Positions 32,685 through 43,087 of a stretch of DNA of 64,000 nt are shown here, piece by piece. Below the pieces are notes generated by a model. It worked only from the letters and a program-made list of their open reading frames with translations, was not told where the DNA came from and made no database searches. The DNA is from an uncultured delta proteobacterium (GTDB taxonomy: Bacteria > Myxococcota_A > Polyangia > Fen-1088). Where the stretch lies: assembly GCA_963796685.1 (NCBI GenBank), contig CAWCMR010000025.1, positions 736,001 to 800,000 of the forward strand, in the 5' to 3' direction. How positions within the stretch are numbered: position 1 is the first letter of the stretch; each line of letters opens with the position of its first letter. The position numbers and the translations under genes are program-made.

Positions 32685-34142
32685 CAATGCCGATCGGTTA
32701 GCGCGTAAGTGATCGAAATTGATCAGGAATTCCTGTGGATAACTTCGCTTCTTGCCTTTAGGCAAGAAGCGAAGTCACCATGCATCGATCTTCGATGGAG
32801 AAGGTCATGCATCTGGATAGTTCCCTCAAGACGGTAAGCGTATTCACGGCGCCCGAGCAGTTCGAGAGCATCAGGCAGCACATTGACCCTGCGTGGGTGG
32901 CCGAGGCTCTGGCGGCGACTGGAACAGCCACGGTGCGAAAGCGACGGCTTCCGGCCGACCAGGTGGTGTGGCTGGTGATTGGAATGGCCATGTTTCGGAA
33001 GTGGCCTATTGCGGACTTGGTTGGGAAGCTGAATTTGGTTCTGCCTGGACCACGAGCAACGGTTGTTCCCAGCACGGTCGCTGAGGCTCGGGCGCGCGTT
33101 GGTGCCGAGCCGCTGGAACGGATCTTCGAGATGAGCGCTCAGAAGTGGGGCCACGAGAGCGCGCGCAAGCACGCATGGAGAGGCCTGGCGCTCTACGGTG
33201 TGGATGGGTCCACGCTTCGCGTGGCAGACTCTCCGGAAAATCGCGCTCATTTCGGTGGAACCCGAGGCGACCGAGGCGACAGTGGCTATCCGCTGGTTCG
33301 AATCGCCGCGTTGATGGCGTTGCGTTCGCACATTCTGGTGGCCGCCGAATTCGGCCCCTACGAAGACAGTGAAATCACGCTGAGCGCGTTTCTGTGGCGA
33401 GCCGTGCCGGACAATGCGCTGGTGATGGTCGACCGCGGCTTCCTGGCAGCCGGAATCCTGGTGCCGCTGGCCCGCGATGGAAAGAATCGCCATTGGCTGA
33501 CTCGCGCCAAGTCGACCACAAAATGGCGCGTCGTGGAGCACCTCGGGAAGAACGACGACCTGGTCGAGTTGACGGTTTCGCGCGAGGCGCGAAAGCAGGA
33601 CCCAAGTTTGCCAGCGACCTATCTGGCACGTGCGATCACCTACCAGGTGAAGGGATTCCGTCCTCAGATCGTGCTCACCTCGATGCTCGACCCCGACGCC
33701 TTCCCCGCTGCCGAGGTCGCCCGCCTTTATCACGAGCGCTGGGAGCTGGAACTGGGCTATGGCGAAATCAAGACCGATATGCTCGACCGTCTCGAAAGCA
33801 TCCGCTGCCGCAGCGTCGCTGGCGTCGAGCAGGAATTGTGGGGCATTCTTCTCGCGTACAACTTGATTCGCCTCGAAATGGAAAGGACTGCCGACGATTT
33901 CGGCGTCGAGCCCACGCGCATCAGCTTCGTCACGTCACTTCGGATCATCTGTGACACCTGGTCATGGTGTGCGCTCGCCTCGCCCGGCGCTTTGCCTACT
34001 CGCCTCAAGACCATGCGAGAGCTCTTCACCAGCCTTGTTCTCCCAGAGCGGCGCACGGCCCGCAGATATCCACGGGCCGTGAAGATCAAAATGAGCAATT
34101 TCCCGAGAAAACGGCCTTCAAATGCTTAACCGACTGGCATTG
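32685..34142 (+). mobile_element. IS4-family insertion sequence, copy 2 (1458 bp)
   Basis: Reverse complement of 5363-6820; only one (synonymous) difference noticed, 32953 vs 6552. Confidence 0.95.
32780..34129 (+). CDS. IS4-family DDE transposase
   Basis: Protein identical to that of 5376-6725. Confidence 0.95.
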   Translation: MHRSSMEKVMHLDSSLKTVSVFTAPEQFESIRQHIDPAWVAEALAATGTATVRKRRLPADQVVWLVIGMAMFRKWPIADLVGKLNLVLPGPRATVVPSTVAEARARVGAEPLERIFEMSAQKWGHESARKHAWRGLALYGVDGSTLRVADSPENRAHFGGTRGDRGDSGYPLVRIAALMALRSHILVAAEFGPYEDSEITLSAFLWRAVPDNALVMVDRGFLAAGILVPLARDGKNRHWLTRAKSTTKWRVVEHLGKNDDLVELTVSREARKQDPSLPATYLARAITYQVKGFRPQIVLTSMLDPDAFPAAEVARLYHERWELELGYGEIKTDMLDRLESIRCRSVAGVEQELWGILLAYNLIRLEMERTADDFGVEPTRISFVTSLRIICDTWSWCALASPGALPTRLKTMRELFTSLVLPERRTARRYPRAVKIKMSNFPRKRPSNA

Positions 34143-35467
34143 GGGCTAAGGACTGCCTTCAGCCTCGCGGCGGCGTCGCCAGCTTGTGAGCTGTGGGCCT
34201 CGTCGGCGATGACGGCGAAGCGCTTGCCTTGGGTGGCGGCCAGCTCTCGCACGGCCTCGATGGCAAAGGGAAAGGTCTGGATGGTGCAGACCACGATTTT
34301 CTTGTCGCCTGACAGCGCCTCGGCCAGCTTGCTGCTCTTGCTGCCTTCCTTCTTGGTGATGTTGGCCACCACGCCGGTGGTGCGCTGGAAATCGAACAGG
34401 GCATCCTGAAGCTGTGAATCGATGACGTTGCGGTCCGACACCACCAGCACGCTGTCGAAGACTTTCTTGTGGTTCGCGTCGTGCAGCTCGGCGAAGAAGT
34501 GCGCGGTCCACGCGATGGAGTTGGTCTTGCCCGAGCCGGCCGAGTGCTGGACCAGGTACTTGCTCCCCGGCCCGTTGGCAAACACCGCAGCCTGCAGCTT
34601 GCGGGTCACGTCCAGCTGATGAAAGCGGGGAAAGATCAGCTTCTCGATCTGCGACTTCTTGTCGCGTGCTGAGATGACGTAACGACCGAGAATCTCCAGC
34701 CAGCTCTCCCGCTGCCACACCTTTTCCCAAAGGTAGGCCGTACGGTGGCCGCCTTGCGGGTTTGGCGGATTGCCGGCGCCGCCGTCGTTACCCTGGTTGA
34801 AGGGCAGAAAGTGCGTGGCCGGTCCCGCCAGTTTGGTCACCATGGCCGCTTCGCTGTTGCTGACCGCGAAGTGCACCAGCGTCCCACTGGGAAAGGCGAG
34901 CAGTGGCTCGGCGGGGTGGCCCTTGGAACGGGGTAGGCGGTCGAAGCGGTACTGGTCGATGGCGTCGTTCACGCTCTGGGTGAAATCGGTCTTCAGCTCG
35001 ACGGTGGCGACTGGAAGGCCGTTGAGGAACAGCACCAGATCGATGCAGTTCTCGTTGTGAAGGGAGTACTTAACCTGCCGGACCACGCGCAGCCGGTTGG
35101 CTGCGTAGCGGGCCAGAATCTCTGCGTTGATGGCCAGCGCGGGTTTGAATTCCGCCAGCTTGAGCGGCTGCCGCAGACCGAGCAGCTCTATGCCCTTGCG
35201 AAGCACGTCGAGGGTGCCACGCTGGTCGAGTTGGTCGCGCAGGCGAGCCAGCAGGGTTTCGCCGGCCTGGGCGCCGTGGTTTTTCTCCAGGGTCTCCCAG
35301 GCCTCCGGCTGGGCGGTCTGCACCCACGCCAGCACGTCGGACGGGAAGATCGCCCGTGCCCGGTCGTAGTGGGCGGCATCGCCCTCTTCGTAGAGCCAGC
35401 CGTGCCCACCGAGGTACTGGCAAATCTCGACCTCGAAGTTGATTTCCCTATGGAGGTTGGCGGGCAT
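34143..35467 (-). pseudogene. hsdR: Type I restriction enzyme subunit R, N-terminal half
   Basis: IDLVLFLNGLPVATVELK nuclease motif, HSAGSGKT and IADEAHSSQ; ends ..LKAVLSP at the IS edge. Confidence 0.93.
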
Positions 35468-35657
35468 GGCCGGGAACCAGGATACAGCCGAAGGTCAGGC
35501 GACAGCCAATTTGGGCAGTGGGTCAGCAAATCAAGTCCAACTGGCTGCGGTTGACAGAAAATAGACCGAAAATTTAGCGAATACGAACAGGAAGCATCGC
35601 GCTAACTAGTCAAATATAACACACGTAATATCATATACTTATGCGCATTAACCTGGA

Positions 35658-35685
35658 TTGACATACAAAACCATGCTCGTATATT
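35658..35685 (+). promoter_or_regulatory. Sigma70-type promoter of fic
   Basis: TTGACA-N16-TATATT in an AT-rich intergenic region. Confidence 0.55.
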
Positions 35686-35695
35686 GATACCGACT

Positions 35696-36883
35696 ATGAT
35701 TCCCTACCAGAGACCGACCAACTGGATTTGCTACGACGCTGTGGCCATCGCGAATGCATTCGTGGATGCCAAGTCGACGGTTCTGTCTTTGAAGACGATC
35801 CCCTATCAGCGCTCGTGGGTAGAAGCCCTTCAGAAGATGGAGCTAAAGCGCGAAGTGGCAGGAACGTCGAAAATCGAAGGCGCGGAATTCACTGATCGTG
35901 AGCTCGACGCCGCGCTCAATGAGAGCCCACAGCAACTCCTAACTCGCTCGCAAAGACAAGCCCGCGCGGCCGTTCAGACCTACCGCTGGATCGCTGGCCT
36001 TCCAGACGATCAACCGATTGATTCAAACCTGATTTGCGAGATCCATCGACGGGTCGTCACGGACGCTGATGATGACCACTGTGCTCCTGGGCAAATCCGA
36101 CAGCAGGACATGAACGTGAATTTCGGATCGCCTAGACATCGGGGTGCCGAGGGTGGCCGAGAGTGTGCCGAAAGCTTTGCCGCGTTCACCAACGCCATCC
36201 AACACGACTATCGAGGGCACGATCCCATCATCCAGGCACTGGCGGCGCACTATCATTTCGCAGCCATGCACCCGTTTCTTGATGGCAACGGTCGCACCGC
36301 CCGCGCCCTAGAGGCCCTGATGCTTCAGCGAGCCGGGCTTCGCGCTACCTGTTTCATTGCGATGTCGAACTACTACTATGATGAAAAATACGAGTACCTG
36401 TCAGTGTTGGCGCAGGTACGAGAGAAGAGGCACGATCTAACCCCCTTCCTCATCTTTGGGCTGAAGGGCATTGCGCTTCAAGCGCGCAGATTGCTCACCG
36501 AAATACAGCACAACATTACGAGAGAGCTGTTCCGCAATCTTATGCTGGATCTGTTCCATCGGCTTCGCACGCCTCGGAAGAGGGTGATCGGGTTGAGACA
36601 AGTTGAAATCCTGAACATTCTTCTCGATTCCGACGGAATGGATCTGGAAACCCTGGCATCCAAGACAGCCACGACTTACAAAGAACTCAAGAGTCCTCGA
36701 ATGGCTATTATTCGAGATCTGAACGACCTAATTGGGCTTAGGACAATTGGGTTCAAGGAAATGCCCAATGGGGGCTATCACCTCTTTGTCCGGTTGGAGT
36801 GGCCAACCGAGATCACAGAAACGGAATTCTTTGGACACCTAAAGAACCTTCCCAAAGGCAAGACCCACACTTTCCTGAAGTAA
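35696..36883 (+). CDS. Fic-domain protein
   Basis: HPFLDGNGRTAR; N-terminal TSKIEG (class III-type inhibitory motif). Confidence 0.93.
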   Translation: MIPYQRPTNWICYDAVAIANAFVDAKSTVLSLKTIPYQRSWVEALQKMELKREVAGTSKIEGAEFTDRELDAALNESPQQLLTRSQRQARAAVQTYRWIAGLPDDQPIDSNLICEIHRRVVTDADDDHCAPGQIRQQDMNVNFGSPRHRGAEGGRECAESFAAFTNAIQHDYRGHDPIIQALAAHYHFAAMHPFLDGNGRTARALEALMLQRAGLRATCFIAMSNYYYDEKYEYLSVLAQVREKRHDLTPFLIFGLKGIALQARRLLTEIQHNITRELFRNLMLDLFHRLRTPRKRVIGLRQVEILNILLDSDGMDLETLASKTATTYKELKSPRMAIIRDLNDLIGLRTIGFKEMPNGGYHLFVRLEWPTEITETEFFGHLKNLPKGKTHTFLK

Positions 36884-36925
36884 TACCCTACGGCGCGCCC
36901 CACCGCGCCTTGGCGGCCTTCTTGG

Positions 36926-38257
36926 CTACCCCAATTTGTGTACGTCGATCTGGCCTGTGACGGCAGCGGAGATGAGGGCCGTCCGGCGTTCTTGGAGCAG
37001 GTCGATGGCCTTCTGGGCTTCGGCGGCGAGGGTGTCGAAGCATTCCGACTCGTCTTCAACGATTCGCGTGATTTCACATTGCTCCTGGAGTGGAGGGACG
37101 CAAACGCGCAGCTCACGGACTGTTTCTATTGAGACCTCATTGAAGGTTGAACCCTGCTTGCATAGCTGCCAGTAGCGTGAAACCGCATCGGTCCCCAGAA
37201 AGCTCACTAAATAGCGATTGACTATCCGGTCGTTCGGAACGATACGAGCGACCCCCCTCGACAAATTGGCTCCCATCAGAGTTGCCGGGACGACGTGAGC
37301 AGCCCCAATGGAAGCACGGATTCCTAGCAGGACTTCTCCTCCAGATAGCCGAGAACGCGGGTAGAGTTTGGCAATCTCAGCCGACGTTCGCTGGAGTTCT
37401 TTCAAGTCGAAGTTTCCGGTGGTCATGTTTGTCGTTTGGACAAATGGAACGCCATCATCGACCGGATCACCTGGCTGGACGATGCCATAGGAAACTGAGG
37501 TTCCGGAGGCTATCAATCGTTTCAACGGGATAACATCCCAGTGCTCCGGCACGTCGCCGAGCCATTCGATGCCGGAGGGTTTCATGGGGGCGCGGGGGTT
37601 CAGGCCTTTGGTGACGGCGTGGGAGATGACGGCCTGGCGCTTTTCTTTCAGCAGTTCCATCAGCCGCTGCTGCTCCGCCACCAACTCGTCAATCTTCCCC
37701 GTCTCCCGATCCAGGAACTGGATAATGGCCCGTTGCTCCGGTAGCGGAGGCGCCGCAGAGACAAGCGAACGGACATCATCCATTCCGATGGTCGCAATCG
37801 TGGCCCCCAGCGACAGGTGCTCAAGATGTTGGGACATAGCCTTCAATGAAAGCAGCAGGTATTCCGGTACCAGCTTCGGTCCGCACAGATAGGCGATGAA
37901 GTGCTGTGACACGGCCATGGGCTGGGTGGTAATCGCACACAAACCAACTGTCGCATCCCGCGAGAACACAACAGCACGAGCGGGAAGCAGGTGAGCGGAT
38001 GAGTTGGCCATGCCGAGTTCGCTGATACGGTATGCCGTGTCCGAGATGTAGTCGTTTTGACGAAGGTATAACGAATCATTTAGTGACACCCAAGGGATCG
38101 AGCAGTTGAGCCAATATTCCTCCACCGACCTAGACGGTGTGTGTCCGCTTTCGATCTGAGCAAGGTATTTGATTCTACTGACCTCCCAATGCTCCGGCAC
38201 CTCCCCCAGCCACTCCACGCCGCTGTCCTTGTATTTCGGGTAGCGTGGGAAGCTCAT
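36926..38257 (-). CDS. hsdS: Type I R-M specificity subunit S
   Basis: YKDSGVEWLGEVPEHW repeated centrally, PPLPEQ/PPLQEQ and ISAAVTGQID; two TRDs. Confidence 0.96.
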   Translation of the reverse strand: MSFPRYPKYKDSGVEWLGEVPEHWEVSRIKYLAQIESGHTPSRSVEEYWLNCSIPWVSLNDSLYLRQNDYISDTAYRISELGMANSSAHLLPARAVVFSRDATVGLCAITTQPMAVSQHFIAYLCGPKLVPEYLLLSLKAMSQHLEHLSLGATIATIGMDDVRSLVSAAPPLPEQRAIIQFLDRETGKIDELVAEQQRLMELLKEKRQAVISHAVTKGLNPRAPMKPSGIEWLGDVPEHWDVIPLKRLIASGTSVSYGIVQPGDPVDDGVPFVQTTNMTTGNFDLKELQRTSAEIAKLYPRSRLSGGEVLLGIRASIGAAHVVPATLMGANLSRGVARIVPNDRIVNRYLVSFLGTDAVSRYWQLCKQGSTFNEVSIETVRELRVCVPPLQEQCEITRIVEDESECFDTLAAEAQKAIDLLQERRTALISAAVTGQIDVHKLG

Positions 38258-39003
38258 GGCCCGTCTCCCTCCGACCTCTGCGACCTCTCTTCATCCAGCT
38301 CGCGCTCGTGGAAGGGCTCTTCCAGGGTCAGGAAATCGAACAGGTAGGGATCTTTCAGCAAGCCGGTGGCCAGGCTCGCGTGAATCTCTGGCAGGGTGGT
38401 GGCGAAGTTGGTGACTGCCGTGCCCTGGCGCTCGTGGGCGCGCTGTTTGATCTGGGCGATGAGGGCTTCGCGGCTCCAACCCTGCTCGACGACTTGTCGG
38501 GCGTACCAGAGCCGCGTGGGCAGGTCCTTGACCTTCTCGATGAGTACGACGTGGTGGAACCAGGGCACGGCCAACAGACAATCCGAGGGCTGCGCGGTCG
38601 CCATGGTCTGCGCGGTCGTGGCCGGGGTGGTCAATTTTGCCGCAGTCTGTGGCAAAATTGCGGTGGGGGCTGCGGGTGACGCGGCTGGCTTGCAGCTTTC
38701 AAGTTTTGCCGCAGCCTGCGACAAAATTGGGTAGGCGCGAAAAAAGGCAATCATTCGCGATAGGTTTCGCGGGGAAAAGCCCTTCTGTTCGGGTAGCTCG
38801 TTCTTCAAGTCCACGGCCAGGCGCGGAATGACGCCTGTGCCCCAGCCCTCGTCTTGCTGTCGCGCGGTAATCAGCCTGCCGATGTCCCAGTACATCACGA
38901 CCATCTCGGCATTCGCCGACAGCGCGGCTTTGTGCTGCGCCTGGCGGACGCGTGCTTTGATGTCGGCCAAGAGGCCTTGGTAAAGGGCCAACTCCGAGGT
39001 CAT
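38254..39003 (-). pseudogene. DUF1016/YhcG protein lacking its C-terminal PD-(D/E)xK domain
   Basis: YWDIG, GWGTGVIPRL, GFSPRNL, PWFHH and KDPYLFDFL..EREL, then ends. Confidence 0.85.
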
Positions 39004-40743
39004 TTCGTCAGGCCCTTGATCATCGTCATGATGCGGTCGGTGACACCCTTCAGCTCGGCATCGATTTCGGTCAGCGGACGCGGTGGCTTGAACACGTAAA
39101 AGTGGCGGTTGAAGGGGATTTCGTACCCGACCTTGGTCTTCTCGTGGTCAATCCACGCATCGGGCGCGTGGGGCAGGACCTCGCGCTTGAAGTAGGTTTC
39201 CACGTCTTCGGAAAGCGGCACGTTCTCGGTATCGCGCAGGTTGGCGTCGGATACCGGCTTGCCCTTACCCTTGCCCTTGGTCCCGAGCACGACCTTGCCC
39301 TTGGCATCGCGCTCGGGCCGCTCGACGGTGATGGTGCGGTAGCCGAAATCCTCGTTCTTGAAGATGCGGCTGATGGGGATGCCAGCGCGGGTGACCTTCT
39401 TGAGCTGACCGAAGATCTGGGTGATGTCCTCGATGTGGTCCGGGCTCAGCTCCTTGCGCTTGCTGCCCAGGCTCTTGCGCATCTTCTGCCAGAAACCGCT
39501 GGCGTCGATGAGCTGCACCTTGCCCTTGCGGCCGGCCGGCTTGCGGTTGCTGACGATCCACACGTAGGTGCTGATGCCGGTGTTGTAGAACATGTCCGTG
39601 GGCAGGCCGATGATGGCCTCGACCAGGTCGTTCTCCAGCACGTAGCGCCGGATCTCGCTTTCGCCCGAACCCGCGCCGCCGGTGAAGAGCGGCGAGCCGT
39701 TGAGCACGATGCCGAACCGGCTGCCACCGTCCTTGGCAGGGCGCATCTTGGAAATCAGGTGCAGCAGGAACAGCAACGAGCCGTCGCTGACGCGGGGCAG
39801 GCCGGGGCCGAAGCGGCCGTTGAAGCCTTGCTCCTCGGCCTCCTTGCGAATCTCCTTCTCGATCTTCTTCCACTCGACGCCGAAGGGCGGATTGGAAAGC
39901 ACGTAGTCGAAGGTCTTGCCGGACAGGCCGTCGGCGGACAGGGTGTTGCCGAAGATGATGTTGGCGATGTCCTGGCCCTTGATGAGCATGTCCGCCTTGC
40001 AGATGGCGTAGGACTCGGCGTTCAGCTCCTGCCCGTACATCACCAGCCGGGCCTTGGGGTTGTGGGCAGCGAGGTGCTCGCCCGCGACGCTCAGCATGCC
40101 GCCGGTGCCGGCGGTGGGGTCGTAGATGGAGCGGACCACGCCAGGCTTCGACAGGGCGTCGTCGTCCTCGATGAAGAGTAGGTTCACCATGAGCCGGATG
40201 ACTTCGCGCGGGGTGAAGTGCTCGCCGGCGGTCTCGTTGGAAAGCTCGGCGAACTTGCGGATCAGCTCCTCGAAGACCGCGCCCATGTGCGGCGTTGCCC
40301 ACGGTTTCGGGGTGCAGGTCGATGGTCGCGAACTTCTCGGTCACCAGGTAGAGCAGGCCGGCCTTGGCCAGGCGGTCAATCTGGGTGTGAAACTCGAAGC
40401 GCTCGAAGATGTCGCGCACGGCGGGCGAGAACGCCTGCATGTAGGCGCGCAGGTTTTCGCCGATGTGGTCCTGGTCGCCCATCAGCTTCTTCAGGTCGAG
40501 CGGCGAGGTGTTGTAGAAGAGCTGTCCGGACTTTCGCAGCAAGAACGGCTCGGGGTTGACCCCGGCCCCCTTGCGCTTGGCCAGCTCGGCCAGCACCGCC
40601 GACTTGGTCGGTTCCAGCACGCAGTCGAGCCGCCGCAGGACGGTGAACGGCAGGATGACCTTGCCGTACTCGGACTGCTTGTAGTCGCCACGAAGAAGGT
40701 CGGCGACCGACCAGATGAAGGACGAAAGGTTGGGTTCGCTCAT
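39000..40743 (-). CDS. hsdM: Type I R-M methyltransferase subunit M (frameshift at ~40288, possibly artefactual)
   Basis: [31 protein letters not shown] and NPPFG motifs. Confidence 0.95.
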
Positions 40744-40846
40744 GTGCTTCGCCGTCCGGGTGACGGCGACCGGTAGTTTCTCGCGAACGGCAGAAAAAGC
40801 CAGATTGCGCGCGGCCCCCCATCACCACTGGGGGTACATTTGCGAT

Positions 40847-41656
40847 ATGACATCGCAGAGTTATGTCCACGGCTATAGCGAAACCGAGGCCACGCGCCTC
40901 GGCGATCAGGCGGGCACGCTGGCGGACTTGCTTCATCATGATACGCAATACCCTGCCGGTGCCCGCGTGCTGGAGGCCGGGTGCGGCGTGGGCGCGCAGA
41001 CGCGCATCCTGGCGCGGAGAAGCCCGGGGGCACGCTTCGTCAGCGTGGACGTCTCGGCCGAGTCGATGGCCCTGGCGCGCGCGGCGATAAGCGAGGAAGG
41101 CTTCACGAACGTGGAATTCCACCAAGCGGATCTGTTCGCACTGCCCTTCGCCGACGGGAGCTTCGATCACCTGTTCGTCTGCTTCGTGCTGGAGCACCTG
41201 CGCCGTCCCGAGGATGCCCTGCGCGCGCTCTTGCGCGTGTTGCGCCCCGGCGGCTCGCTGACCGTCATCGAGGGCGATCACGGCTCGGCCTTCTTTCATC
41301 CCAAAAGCGAGCGCGCCCAACGCACGATTGAATGCTTGAACCAAGCGCAGGCGGCGGCAGGCGGCGACGCGCTCATCGGGCGTCGCCTCTACCCGCTCTT
41401 GCGCGCGGTGGGGCTCGACGACGTGCAGGTCTCACCGCGCTTCGTGTACGCCGACAGCAGCCGACCGGCCTGGGTCGACGGTTTCACGCGCAAGACCTTC
41501 ATCGCCATGGTCGAGGGCGCGGCCGAGCCCTCCCTGCGCCTGGGCCTCATCGACCGAGCTTCGTGGGATGAAGGTATCGCCGACCTCGAGCGCAGCGCCG
41601 AGGCCGACGGCACCTTCTGCTACACCTTCTTCAAGGCCGTCGCGCGCAAGGCTTGA
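40847..41656 (+). CDS. SAM-dependent methyltransferase
   Basis: VLEAGCGVG, FDHLFVCFVLEHL and VLRPGG motifs. Confidence 0.9.
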   Translation: MTSQSYVHGYSETEATRLGDQAGTLADLLHHDTQYPAGARVLEAGCGVGAQTRILARRSPGARFVSVDVSAESMALARAAISEEGFTNVEFHQADLFALPFADGSFDHLFVCFVLEHLRRPEDALRALLRVLRPGGSLTVIEGDHGSAFFHPKSERAQRTIECLNQAQAAAGGDALIGRRLYPLLRAVGLDDVQVSPRFVYADSSRPAWVDGFTRKTFIAMVEGAAEPSLRLGLIDRASWDEGIADLERSAEADGTFCYTFFKAVARKA

Positions 41657-41738
41657 AAGGCCGGGCACCTTGACCGGAACGGACATCGTGCACGGTTTCC
41701 CTGTGCGACGAAGCGTTAGCACGTAAGCTTTGCTCACC

Positions 41739-42683
41739 ATGAATGAACCCGTTCGCATCGCGGTCGTGGGCGCCGGCAACGTCGGCGCCACGTTCGCCTA
41801 TTCCCTCGTGCTGAGCGGCCTGGCCAGCGAGATCGTTCTCATCGACGCGGATCGAGCGCGCGCCGAGGGGCAAGCGATGGATCTGGATCACGCGGTTCCC
41901 TTCAACCAGCCTGTGCGGGTGCAAGCCGGTGGCTTCGAGGATTGCAAAGGGGCGCTGGTGACCATGGTGTCGGCGGGCACCAACCAGAAGCCGGGCGAGT
42001 CGCGTATGGACCTGCTCAAACGCAACATCGCCGTCTTTCGCGATGTGATTGGCGAGATCGCTGCCGTCAATCCCGAGGGCATCATCCTGGTGGCCACCAA
42101 TCCGGTGGATATCCTTACTTACGCAGCGTACAAGATCTCCGGGCTCAGCCGCCGTCGCGTGTTCGGATCGGGCACCATCCTGGACACCGCCCGATTTCGC
42201 ACCCTCTTGGCCAACCATTTCGATGTCGACCCACGCAGTTTGCACGCTCACATCATCGGCGAGCACGGCGATAGCGAGGTCCCGGTTTGGTCGCTCGCCA
42301 ACATCGCCGGCGTTCGCCTGGCAGATCTCTCCGGCGAGGGCTGGCCCAAGTACGAGGCGCAGGCCATGGAGCAGATCTTCAGCCAGACCCGCGACGCCGC
42401 CTACCACATCATCGAGCGCAAGGGCGCCACCTACTATGCCGTCGCCTCGGGGCTGTTGCGCATCGTCGAGGCCATCGTGCGCGACCAAAGCACGGTCCTA
42501 TCCACCTCCAGCCTGCTCACCGGGCAATATGGTCTGTCCGATGTCTGTCTTAGCCTGCCCACCGTGATCAACCGGCGCGGCGTGGCCAGGGTGCTCGAGC
42601 TGGGACTGGACCCGACCGAAGTCGAGAAGCTCACCCGCTCGGCGACGATCTTGTCGGCCAGCATAGAAGAGCTGGGACTCTAG
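41739..42683 (+). CDS. ldh: L-lactate dehydrogenase
   Basis: VGAGNVG, NQKPGESRMDL (Gln specificity residue), GEHGDS and KGATYY motifs. Confidence 0.95.
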   Translation: MNEPVRIAVVGAGNVGATFAYSLVLSGLASEIVLIDADRARAEGQAMDLDHAVPFNQPVRVQAGGFEDCKGALVTMVSAGTNQKPGESRMDLLKRNIAVFRDVIGEIAAVNPEGIILVATNPVDILTYAAYKISGLSRRRVFGSGTILDTARFRTLLANHFDVDPRSLHAHIIGEHGDSEVPVWSLANIAGVRLADLSGEGWPKYEAQAMEQIFSQTRDAAYHIIERKGATYYAVASGLLRIVEAIVRDQSTVLSTSSLLTGQYGLSDVCLSLPTVINRRGVARVLELGLDPTEVEKLTRSATILSASIEELGL

Positions 42684-42717
42684 TCTGTCTCTGACGACGC
42701 TCGCGGACTGTGGCGGG

Positions 42718-42963
42718 CTAGGCGTTGCGGAACGCCTCGAAGGTCAAGATCGTGTGCGTCTCGCGGATGTGGGGGATGGGATGGATCTGCTTCTCGATGA
42801 GGCGTCCGATATTGTCGACGTCATCGACGTAGAGCTTGACCAAGAGGTCGTACTCGCCGCTGACGCTGAAGGCTTCCGAAAAACTCTCGACCTCGGCGAT
42901 GCGATTTGCCACGTCGGTCACGTGGCCAAGGTCGGCTTTGACGAACACGAATACCGCGCGCAT
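42718..42963 (-). CDS. Lrp/AsnC ligand-binding domain protein
   Basis: SVSGEYDLLVKL; 81 aa. Confidence 0.85.
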   Translation of the reverse strand: MRAVFVFVKADLGHVTDVANRIAEVESFSEAFSVSGEYDLLVKLYVDDVDNIGRLIEKQIHPIPHIRETHTILTFEAFRNA

Positions 42964-43087
42964 GTCGCTAGCTTACGCCGAATCTCGAGGCCGGCACCTG
43001 GATTTACAAAGCTAGCCGGCCCGACGGAAGGTCAGGTTGATGCGCTGATCGGGCAGGTCAAGCGCTAGCTGCGTCGCCATGACGTCT

